Below, piece by piece: positions 11,001 through 19,100 of a DNA stretch of 64,000 nucleotides. Source of the stretch: a virus. Taxonomy: Duplodnaviria; Caudoviricetes. The notes under the pieces were generated by a model, which was given only the letters and a program-made list of their open reading frames with translations, did no database searches and was not told where the DNA came from. The translations under genes were made by a program, and so were the position numbers. The stretch spans positions 1,030 to 65,029 of the IMG/VR virus record IMGVR_UViG_3300021389_000018; one strand, written 5' to 3'. The first letter of the stretch is position 1; the number at the start of each line of letters is the position of its first letter.

Positions 11001-13294
11001 GCTGCAAGAGTCTTCATACCTCTGTATATAATCTCTGTAGCAGCTTCTGATTGACTGTCTTTCAGACCAAAAGCCTTAGACATAGCATATCTTAAGCCTT
11101 TCTTACTCTTAGGTGTAAATATCTTTTGCTCTTTCTTAGTCTTGGTTTCTTTCTTAGTTTCAACCTCAACCATTTCTTTTTTAGCAACTTCTTTGAATCG
11201 GTTGTAACTGGCTTTTTTCTTCTTCTTGAATACGTCAATCAAGCCTTTCGCATTACGTATAGTAACTGGCTTTCCGTTCTCAATAGTAGCTGTATAGTTA
11301 CGCTTCTTATTTCCTTTGCTGTCAATTAGAGAAAACGCAACACGTTTCTTGTTACCCTCTTCAGTTACAGATTGAACCACATAGTTTGCTCTGTCTATAC
11401 TGAACCCATCACCTTGCTTTCCGTAGTTGCCTATGAATTCAGTAAGGGATGTTGCGTTATCTAAAGATTTTTTAAACTCGTCTGTGAGCTTTTTATTTGC
11501 CTTTGATTTTGTAGGCTCTGGTGATGTTTCCGTAACAGAGTCAGCTGCCGCTAAGTCAAATGCCTTAGTTGGCTTTACCACAGGTTGTGCAGGTAATTCT
11601 TCAGAAGGTTTTTCTAATGTAGTCTGAGGTTCTTGTACTTCAGATAGCTTTTCTTCTAGGACTTGAATTCTTTGATCTGCTTCGGTAGTGTCTTCTCCTT
11701 GCTCCGCCATTTGATCACGGAACTGTTTTGTAGTAGCAATAGCTTCACGAAGAGGCTGTACTATTTTTTCCGCACCAGCAGCAATAGCTTGACCTGTCTC
11801 TCCGGCTACTTTTTCTTTCTCAGCAAATTCTTTGAGTTTAGACTCAATCTCTTGTGATTTGTCTTGATATATGTCCTGCTCTTGAGGAGCTAACTCCTCA
11901 CCTTGTTTAATCTTTGTAGCAACCTCTTCAACAACTTCTGCTGACACTTCTCCAGTTTCTACAAACGCTTCACTATCATCAGCTACGTATTTCTTTTCAA
12001 CAGCTTTCTTCTTTTCTAAAAGTTTATCAGCTTCTTTCTCTAATACTTTTTTACCGTCTTCAGATTTGAAGCGGTCTATTTTGGTAAGCACACTGCCGAT
12101 TTCAGCATCTAAGTCTTTTACCTCGTTGTAATCCTCATCGCTAAATTTATCGTAAAACTCTGTTTCTTTTTTCTGTACTTCTTTGTATTGCTCTACTTTT
12201 TGATCACGAATAGCCTTGTACTCAGCTCTTTCTTGTTCGTCTAACTCTTTGTCTTTAGAAAGCTCATCAACTTTAAAAATTTCTTTCTTAAGTTCTGACT
12301 TAGCCTCTATATTTTCCGTACTTCCTATATTTGAGTGTCTGTTCAGCGCCTTACCGGCTCCAGTAACAATCCCACCACCAAATACGCCTAATAAAAAACT
12401 TTCAAATCCAGGCTTAGAAAAAATAAACTCTGCTTGTTTTTTAACAATTTCAAAACCTTCTGCCCCATTAGCAATAGCTCTGTTTGCTTCTTCCATACTG
12501 GATTGAAGAATTTCAGTAAACCCTTCTTTAAAACCAGCTTCAGCCATCGCCTTTGCTATTTCTTTTGTGCCTGTTTTTGCAAGCTGCTGATTTATAGCCT
12601 TTCCTATGCCTTTAAAGCCAATTTTTTCTAAAACACCTGCGGCAGCTCCTATTGTAGCAGGTACGAAGAACTCATCTTCATCATCAAGATATAGTTGTTC
12701 TAAACTTTTTCCCTTTTGTTTTGCTATCTCTGAATTGTAATCCTGAAGGGCATAACCCATCATATCTGTGTATACACCAATTCCTCCGGTCATCCCTCCT
12801 GCCAATGCTGTAGGTATTAACTGCATAACACCTCCAGATACAGTTGATGCTGCTTTGGCTACACTGTTGTAGCTCTCTATTTCAGCAACACTATTAACCG
12901 GCTTAAACTCTTCATCTATTTTTTTAAGTTCTTCAGCAGTTTGAGCTAATAGGAAATCTTGAGAATTCTCAAGAGCAGCCATACCAGATGTGATAGGATT
13001 TGAGCTATATATAGCATCAGTGACGAACTCACCAATCTCACGACCTAGTGTGTTTTTAGCCGTAGACACAATTGTAGATGCGAATCTAGAGGGAATACCC
13101 TGGATTTGCAGACCTACATTAATAGCATTGTTTACAAAGTTCTCACCAGCTGATAGAGACGGTGATTCCGAAACAGCTGAAGGTTCTGGATCTTCTTTTT
13201 TTTTTACGTATGTACTGTAAATGTTGTCTAGCTGTTCAACGGTTGCTCCATTGGCTCTTGCCTCGTCAAGTAGTTGTTGAAGTTCTTTGTCCAT
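5003..13294 (-). CDS. giant internal virion/ejection protein, polyvalent type (zincin HExxH metallopeptidase-like domain plus C-terminal LPD38-like domain)
   Basis: 2763 aa; last of three genes after the tail gene; TPLHEFAHVY; C-terminal MDFNQGG...IPYLNAGVQG...YDQIPDYEKDAYFIF resembles LPD38. Confidence 0.7.
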   Translation of the reverse strand: MDKELQQLLDEARANGATVEQLDNIYSTYVKKKEDPEPSAVSESPSLSAGENFVNNAINVGLQIQGIPSRFASTIVSTAKNTLGREIGEFVTDAIYSSNPITSGMAALENSQDFLLAQTAEELKKIDEEFKPVNSVAEIESYNSVAKAASTVSGGVMQLIPTALAGGMTGGIGVYTDMMGYALQDYNSEIAKQKGKSLEQLYLDDEDEFFVPATIGAAAGVLEKIGFKGIGKAINQQLAKTGTKEIAKAMAEAGFKEGFTEILQSSMEEANRAIANGAEGFEIVKKQAEFIFSKPGFESFLLGVFGGGIVTGAGKALNRHSNIGSTENIEAKSELKKEIFKVDELSKDKELDEQERAEYKAIRDQKVEQYKEVQKKETEFYDKFSDEDYNEVKDLDAEIGSVLTKIDRFKSEDGKKVLEKEADKLLEKKKAVEKKYVADDSEAFVETGEVSAEVVEEVATKIKQGEELAPQEQDIYQDKSQEIESKLKEFAEKEKVAGETGQAIAAGAEKIVQPLREAIATTKQFRDQMAEQGEDTTEADQRIQVLEEKLSEVQEPQTTLEKPSEELPAQPVVKPTKAFDLAAADSVTETSPEPTKSKANKKLTDEFKKSLDNATSLTEFIGNYGKQGDGFSIDRANYVVQSVTEEGNKKRVAFSLIDSKGNKKRNYTATIENGKPVTIRNAKGLIDVFKKKKKASYNRFKEVAKKEMVEVETKKETKTKKEQKIFTPKSKKGLRYAMSKAFGLKDSQSEAATEIIYRGMKTLAARKGIPMADVAKGIKYVKGTQSDAERLLKQSKHSAMDSNDIHDESMTLAQLNPIEHKIVEKHTKEGIDDPIVVEGINILNRVTGKNILRRKEGISFSKAVNEVLEKNEFFEMLTQNKTISTDFDDLLKNKSLDSLVRLEAASGLGINLEKGKPLSEQVSDLQIEEHYQDSVENSKLTVANHIKSDQDTTIYAWSNLIKKLSDPKQKLRALTLFEKLISFRYDLNTNKDYKRDKKSTANFTPMVQKVALQWVISEKSEEHPLKSYIKMLGESKQEVLNQSERVVYNKDGFKVYKFSGISEDTFGVAAAQEIDDLVIMTQDTIFCTKYNAKQHLNRGDFYLLTKDGKVVTAINIDNETRAINQIKGETPTQSRIAKYKDVEHDFIQNSGEINNGAKFVQRELLLAESEFSMPAEINSKDKADQTIKSFLQGGNPINGDDFIREFNEKGGWEMLGVTPEQVMLISPFEDTYEHNNYLQEIGNLNIKFDLEADTTYYYPESDIKVILNLDTDGPEPYIVYRDSDVNIEKVYLRERERINIELPNTEVYDVNIGDVSEVFNKEYIDEDSDLSGTSVISIFPNGTQSDWDNLISTTNIKVSGKIDSTLHVKTKNGIWNVEVLDGGYINRTGTTQSYGVETPASLYAMYGDIFETEKTDTGLSLGFFKPKQISHTDLGPGSKIKFEDYWISGNEIDVLFQVSELSKEIKSFKSKDKSAADKKAKELRDRYKLMNLKVYKYKGEYKIKAIRDKNQKYNIKGAMAIEDGAFMIYALTNPDVTTPLHEFAHVYERYLTDDEIKVVEKWSGYKNGTVDMSEAFARGFERYLHDGKAPVPALQKIFDNLRKWLKQIYSAIRFKSIERELTPEVRNIFDNMLMTEAEKAQIAENESIKQRLEAVQAEEAAEMAKKTKAPTKTKTAPKKKAAPKKETGDPLKLPNGRLSLGGESYIEYKGLEAGEHKYKYYDEMMEASTVVNEESARAFVEIGDSGPLFQSDMDFESMPDLADEMYNESEKELAQAEKDRKGKFGERFKNQWSDRQGNIRKKLIDSGFEISESLMTNKAGSKARGVNRFHKYENEIYDGLTREQEKLTNKILQFERIVQIEQNRRARRNAAQSSLESIKEKRKAVKEGLNLSLKSNETKEIKSVLKKIDDKISQLKKRIEDNGVMKHPQGVTEDYAKWWLENKAPRYSYYSTSKEAADKYFSATNDLLKYAYDKELIDEQTYNRFVEDKYITRSFIDKIFEIETDANGEIVAVNYKAGDMYKESGLSTDQIKQLRSGSEGALIMDSRFLLEKMTVSLSNRAATNEMNNALANELKGKDAIPWYREGNYDTDKEGNIKTNQFGDYLIKPASGGFENVFYREGGKKRAFQLNKELHSEWTDSLRSINQHSQLEDAINLASGATVLKAAATGYNPMFFLSNVPMDVAHVLFFTDIYDDNLLLPVSFYKVTRNISKYTAGLVEADAGLKTSRAEEASKLLDEYIENGGMMEFFTTYGQEGIKGLAERSGIESKINSKTKKILRAAGQKIAYTGEKTELAMRLSSYSQVKTKLTKERAAGKNSFTDAEIAAIAVSKARKTMDFNQGGVTAKKLDRWIPYLNAGVQGFRISREYLMSKGGAAKFGTKLAQVSVFVGGLMMYNLTAGDDEEEYDQIPDYEKDAYFIFLLPFKDEEGNRRYFRLRKSPQLAPFINAAEMVARSVYYNAMGKKDPMLTEEKISRVYESMKDALPVGLSIRDILNRMPPSISGANKYITNYDSYRRSVISPDTEFEKILPKDEGLYDKSIPYFFKAIGQVTGASPRRLKAATETIVTSPSTNGLVAVGYSIGDFVANMLYKPSDKQESMYNGSVMEALTGIKESAQRRVIRSVRPNWKDTSMDKAADIEMTEGSVRYRIKKITDQFAKEKDKEEFKEFLKTVDNPADVKYAIDRYMKISTTDLSQVKKASYILDVMYARDPEAQAKIFVHYFGEPDFTSKETLRPTIEQLKYMEKTLGFKPSSRFMAQLKTYK

Positions 13295-14919
13295 TATTTT
13301 AGACCTTTAGATTGTAACCAGTTTTGATATTGTTCATCAGTCATAACTGGTCCTTTTGGTTCTTGCGAAGATACAGAATTTTTAGACCCCATATCGTATA
13401 TGCTTGATATGATGGAAGATAGAGTTTTCTCGTAGTTAGTGTCAGCAGCATATCTATTACCGTCATTATTTACGAACTCTTCAAGAAGTTTATTCCAATC
13501 TCCATCGCTTGGGCGATACTTTCTAGCCATTAAATCTGCGTAAGATTCTAGACCATTTACCCAGTCACCCATATCACGACTAAATTTCTTTTGCTCTGTA
13601 GAGTCTTTAGCCATAGTATCACCAGCGGTGACATTACCTACATTATAAATGTTTTTAGTTCTAGCTCCTCTACCCTTAGTCCCGAAGTTAGACTCTAGTC
13701 TGCCCTGAGCCAATATAAATTCAACAGGAACTCCATATTTAGTAGATACATCCATTACATCTTGTGCTGTAATAGGTGATTTACCATCTGAGTATTTATC
13801 AATAAAACCCTGTATGGTTGACTGATCCATAGAGAAGTTTTTATTCATAGACACTGGCGCTTGATTTAAAGCACCGTCCATATCTATTCTCCTCTCCTGT
13901 TCTAATATGTTTTCGGGAGTTATCTCGATAGGCTGTGTTTCTATTTGAGGTTCTGTGGTTTCTTCACCTGTGTCTGCACTTGACTCATCGCTATCACTCA
14001 TAAACGCAGCGTATGGATCTTGGGATATGTACTCTGAGTAAACGCCATTAACTCTTTCGCCTACTGCTTGTTTGTAAACATTTATAGCATTTTGCAATTC
14101 CTCTGGTTCTTGTATTTTCAACATAGCCTCAGACACCTGTTTTCTTGATATAGGTTCTGTACCCTGTATATGACCATTTGAAATTTCGTAGTAAACAGCA
14201 ACGTCTTCTAAAAAATCTTTATCTGATTTTATTTTAAAATCAATTTGTTTATTGTATTTATCAATAGCATCGTTTACATTGGTAGACCTAGTCAATACAC
14301 CAATGTTTTGGGAATCGGTAATGAATGATGTGGGAACTACGTACTTGCCTGTCTTTGCCTCTCTAGGGATTAAAAATGAGTTGTCTTGATTTACCTTATC
14401 AGAGAACATAGTGTGCTGGTCAAAACGAACATACCCTTCACCGCTTTGTAATAAAATGGTTCCATTTTGTATTTTATACGGAACTTTTTTATTCATTGCA
14501 GCATCAAAGTTAGCGTCTACCCAATCTGAGTTTACTGCGTACCCTTCACCCTCTTTGCTGTAGAAACCTTTGTATTCCCCCACCATTTCTTGAGAAGCAT
14601 TGACTCCAACGCTCACTATTTGATTTAGTTGTCTGCCCCAGTTTTCGTAATCTGCTTTTGCTTTAGAACTACCGGTTTGTTCGTATTCAATAGCGGCTTT
14701 TCTAAACTCATTAAAAGCAGCGTCAGCAGGCTCTCCGTATCCTGCCTTTAGTTTAAAGGCGTTTTTAGAATACAATCTTTCTGCTCCAGTTGAATCTACT
14801 TCTCTGGATCTCATTTGCTGTTGACGTTGATCTTTAACCTCTTGTCTCTCTCTAAGTTGTCTTTCAACCTTGCCTAGCTCTGGTACTTTAAATACTACGT
14901 TTCCTAATGGTTCAGCCAT
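13294..14919 (-). CDS. ejection/internal virion protein with C-terminal glucosaminidase (GH73-like, lysozyme-fold) domain
   Basis: YGVPVEFILAQGRLESNFG...KNIYNVG...RYAADTNY motif. Confidence 0.75.
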   Translation of the reverse strand: MAEPLGNVVFKVPELGKVERQLRERQEVKDQRQQQMRSREVDSTGAERLYSKNAFKLKAGYGEPADAAFNEFRKAAIEYEQTGSSKAKADYENWGRQLNQIVSVGVNASQEMVGEYKGFYSKEGEGYAVNSDWVDANFDAAMNKKVPYKIQNGTILLQSGEGYVRFDQHTMFSDKVNQDNSFLIPREAKTGKYVVPTSFITDSQNIGVLTRSTNVNDAIDKYNKQIDFKIKSDKDFLEDVAVYYEISNGHIQGTEPISRKQVSEAMLKIQEPEELQNAINVYKQAVGERVNGVYSEYISQDPYAAFMSDSDESSADTGEETTEPQIETQPIEITPENILEQERRIDMDGALNQAPVSMNKNFSMDQSTIQGFIDKYSDGKSPITAQDVMDVSTKYGVPVEFILAQGRLESNFGTKGRGARTKNIYNVGNVTAGDTMAKDSTEQKKFSRDMGDWVNGLESYADLMARKYRPSDGDWNKLLEEFVNNDGNRYAADTNYEKTLSSIISSIYDMGSKNSVSSQEPKGPVMTDEQYQNWLQSKGLK

Positions 14920-16139
14920 TATTTCTTCTTTTTAGCGTTCTTTTCAAATCTCTTAAACAATTTTTTAGCATAACTGCTTTCCTTAGCAATAGATGCTGCC
15001 TGTTTAGGATTTAATATATATTCCCCACCTGTAGCTTCTCCGACTTTCACACCGCCTTGAACTAAATTAATAGGGTTTGTATTGTGATTAAAAGAACCCT
15101 CGGTCATCATACCTCCTTGCTCAAACATCATTTTAGCTGCTGTGCCTAAAATATTTGACGGAGAGAACATATTTTGCACTCCCTTTCCAAGGTCTATGAG
15201 GTTTTCTTTTCTTTGATCGTACTCTTGTACTCTTGTTGATTCACTAGGTGGCGGAACTGCCGGATATTGTACGCTCATTACATTTGGATTGGTAGACCTA
15301 CCAAGTAACTCATCATACCTGCCTGGATCAGCAGACATACCCATTGCTTGTCTTTTAGCTGCTGGGAAATTCTGCATACCAAATCCTTTTTGAGGCTGGA
15401 TATCAAGAGCTGGAAGCGGTTTTTCTCTGAATATCTTAGAGTAATTATCTGCAAAGTCCATTTCCGGGGAAGAAGGTAATGGTGTAAAAGGGCTTATACT
15501 TCCCTTTTGAGTAATAGCAGGTGCTTCTACGGTAGCGCCCTGTAGCAATCCACCATCTATTGGTTCATCCTTTCCATCATCGTCTTCTGGATCTTTCTTT
15601 TTTCTGTCAGACAAGGCTTCAGTAAGACCACTGCCGATAGAACTGACTCCTGCACCAATATTACCTAAAGCAGCGTTGTAAGCCTGAGTAGCTCTGTTCA
15701 TATCCGCTTGACTTCTAGCTTCTTTTCTACCTAGAGATCTTTCTTCAGCTAAAGCTAATTGCTGACCAGTCTGTAGTCTAATGTTTCTTTCTTGAGCTAG
15801 CATTTGATTTCTCTGTGCCTGTGCCTGACCAGTAACTGCACCAAGACCTCCTACCAAAGCTCTGCCTCCTGCGCCTTGTAATGCTTGTACTGAAGTTGCG
15901 ATATTTCTATCAATACTCTCAGATTCCATTCTGGCAATTTCAGCATCATAAGAATTTCTGTAGTTCTCATAAAACTGAGCCGGTGTCTCCAATGAAGGTG
16001 CTGCTGCTCTAGCTGCTTCAAATTCAGCTCTAGCCCTGGGTAGTTGTGACATACCATAGATGGCTTGAACACCTCCTAGTGCAGCCTCTACGTAGCCCCC
16101 AACCGCATATTTTTTTGTATTATCCTTTTTTGCCTTCAT
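14919..16139 (-). CDS. internal virion/ejection protein
   Basis: Gly/Ala/Gln-rich helical N-terminal half and position immediately after the tail gene, as in podovirus ejection proteins. Confidence 0.6.
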   Translation of the reverse strand: MKAKKDNTKKYAVGGYVEAALGGVQAIYGMSQLPRARAEFEAARAAAPSLETPAQFYENYRNSYDAEIARMESESIDRNIATSVQALQGAGGRALVGGLGAVTGQAQAQRNQMLAQERNIRLQTGQQLALAEERSLGRKEARSQADMNRATQAYNAALGNIGAGVSSIGSGLTEALSDRKKKDPEDDDGKDEPIDGGLLQGATVEAPAITQKGSISPFTPLPSSPEMDFADNYSKIFREKPLPALDIQPQKGFGMQNFPAAKRQAMGMSADPGRYDELLGRSTNPNVMSVQYPAVPPPSESTRVQEYDQRKENLIDLGKGVQNMFSPSNILGTAAKMMFEQGGMMTEGSFNHNTNPINLVQGGVKVGEATGGEYILNPKQAASIAKESSYAKKLFKRFEKNAKKKK

Positions 16140-16143
16140 ATTG

Positions 16144-16151
16144 CAAATTTA
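16144..16151 (-). promoter_or_regulatory. Bacteroidota -7 promoter box TAAATTTG
   Basis: Matches TAnnTTTG, just upstream of the ATG at 16139. Confidence 0.65.
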
Positions 16152-16157
16152 CTGTTT

Positions 16158-19100
16158 TTAGTTCACTCTATCGTTGTGCAGCATTGACCTGTCGTAGCTC
16201 ACAGATAAAGCGTGAACTTCAAATGGCGATGTATCGCTGCTCTCCATTTTAATTTTAAGGAATACATCTCTCATTGGGTCACCGTCAACAGAAGCTGAAT
16301 GCTCTACTAATACGTGATCCCCAGCATTTACAGTTGGTGCAGACGTGCATTCAATAGTCTTTCTGTCCACAAGAGATGATACATCTACACCCAGTGACGT
16401 TATAGTACTTCCAGAAGCTGTTTTAAGTGTGTCTCCTACAACGAAAGGAAGTCTGTTTACAGGTGTGGTAAACTTTATGTTATTACCTGTTACAGATTCT
16501 ACTATACCGATAAATATCTTATGAGATGTTGATACAAGTGTATCTCTAGGAATCATAGCATATCTATTACCTTCTCTTACATCGTACTCAGAGATATTAG
16601 TTCTTTGATCAGATGTATTTACAACAGATGTCCAAGTACCATTACCCTCTATACCTATAGATTCAAAAACCTTAATCATAGAAGGATTGTAATTAGAAAC
16701 CGATTCAAACATTGAAGTATATTGTGTGCCGTAGAAGTTGTTTCTAGTATCGTTTGCGTTATGCTCCCATACAATACTGCCTCCATTTTCAAAGAAGCTA
16801 TACATAGTATTGTTTATATGGACATAGTTAGAAGGTACGAAACTATACTTACTTCCCCAAACTCCCTCTTTATGTTTATACGCTATAGTAGTGCTTCCTG
16901 AGCTAGAAGATGAACTTCCTATTGTAACTGCCGTCCCTGTACAAGTTGTAGAAGGAATTGTAAGAACCCCGGTAGACAAGTTTAACTGTGCGATTATCGT
17001 AAACGAGTAAGAAGAGTCAGTCAGAACGATATCTATAGTTGACGAGCTTCCTACAAAAGAAACATCTACCAGTACACCATTAGTCTGTAAAACGTTGTCT
17101 AAAAAGACAATACCATTACCTACATCGTCCCAATCACCACAGAATTCATCCCAGTTAGATCCGAACAAGTTCCATAATATTGTTTGAGATGTGTATGTCG
17201 GATTCAGCACAATGTTACCAGCTGAATCAGTAGGTAAGTCAAAATCGGTGTCGCCTACAGAAACTGTGGATGCATTAGTCCCCTCTATAGATACAATGTA
17301 CTCATCGTTGTCTGGATCAAAACCACCAATGACCATAGGATTAGTAGAATTCTCCAGTAAAGACTTAAATCTGTTCTCAAAGAAACTAGACATACCCTTC
17401 TCGCTAATAGGAGTTATTCCGTCAGCTGATATTCTAATCACCTTACCAGCCTTCGCATCAGTGTAATAAAGCACACCGAATCTCTCTACTACGGATTCTG
17501 GATTACCAGAACTACCATAATCTCCAGCATAATAGGAAGCGGTTCCTAACACGTTTGTAGATACTGAAACACCTTTCTGACCAGAAGAGTATTCTATTAA
17601 GTTTCTGCCTATAGGTAACTGTGAAGCTTTACTATCTTGTAAAACAGTTAATGCGTCCCCTCTAGGTACTAACGCATCAATCTGACCATAGGAAACATCC
17701 AAATCTGACCAGTTTGCTAGACTTAAGTTAAATGAGCTTAGACCAAGGTTGTCTGAGTCTGCTACAAATGCATCTGAATACGTCACAGAAGACAGCCTGC
17801 GCATTGTTTTAGCATCTGGTATGTACGAGTATGGCTTGCCTGTAGATCTGTTCTTAGAATTAAAGAAATCACAAATAGAGTAATCTTCGGTAAAGTCAAC
17901 CACAGAAGGGGTTGATCCTGCTCCCTTGTAAGATATGTTATCTATTTGCTTATTAGAAACATAAAGTATCCTAGGTCTAAGATATACGTCTCCCTCCACT
18001 AGTGACACAACGGTGTCAGGATTATCTACTGTGTAAGTTACGTTTAAGAAATCAGTTGCGTTTAAGGTTGATGTGGTCGTTCCGTAAGCTCTGTATTTAC
18101 CAGCCACAACATCCGACTCATATACATTCCCTACGGTTATTGACTTTCCGGACTGGGATATGACATCACCCTTGAATAGCTGCTTGCTTGAGTGAAAAAC
18201 TAATGGATTTATAGAATCTCCTGTTTCAAGAGTAAGCTGAACAGTGTTACCGTCTCTTTCCCCTACGTGGGAACCAGAGGTTACATCGTAAACCTTGCCC
18301 ATATCATAATAAATAGCCTCTGTAGTCTGCTTTAAAGGTCTAAATACCTCAACTATACATTTCTGAAACCATTTACTATTATTATTCAATACAGAAGAAT
18401 AGCTAAACGGGAACACTCCGTTATCCTCTACTATAATAAAGTCACCAGAAGTGATGCTTATAGCATCCTCGTTCACCTTGTCTAGTATTGGGTTTGAGGT
18501 AACATCTTTAGTTAACCTTTCAAATCCTATTACTTTAAATTCGTCTGTATATCTCTGATTACCTTCGTACGATATAACTCTAAGCCTATCGCCTTTTTCG
18601 TATTTGTACTCTAGGTCAGCGCCAAATGTCTTATTGTATCCGTTTTCCCCAAAAATAGAGTTTACAGATATGTAAATCTTGTTTTTATTATCTAAGCTGG
18701 TTGAACGCTCTACGTTATTTATAGGTACAAAAGCTCCGTTTACTCCGTACATAAACTTAAGCTCTTCACTTCCTATACCTGTGTATACCGGTAGCCATTT
18801 TTTAGCCCAGCTTGGAGCGCTATGCTTAAGTCGCATAACTACAGAAGAATGACCGTATAGATCATTCTCTCCACCTCTTTTATTTAGTTTTTCTATAAAA
18901 GCACTACCAAGTTCTTGAACTCCGGACGCTCGACCTCTATCATCTAAGTACGCAATACCCATCCTGTGAGAAGCTCCAGACTTAAATGATCTGTAACCGT
19001 CAAGGCTTTTAAAAACACCAACTGCTCCAGATACAATCTCTACATCGTTGAAATACGGTGTGGCTTGTCTTGTGCCTGAAAATACATCTAGTTTAAATCT

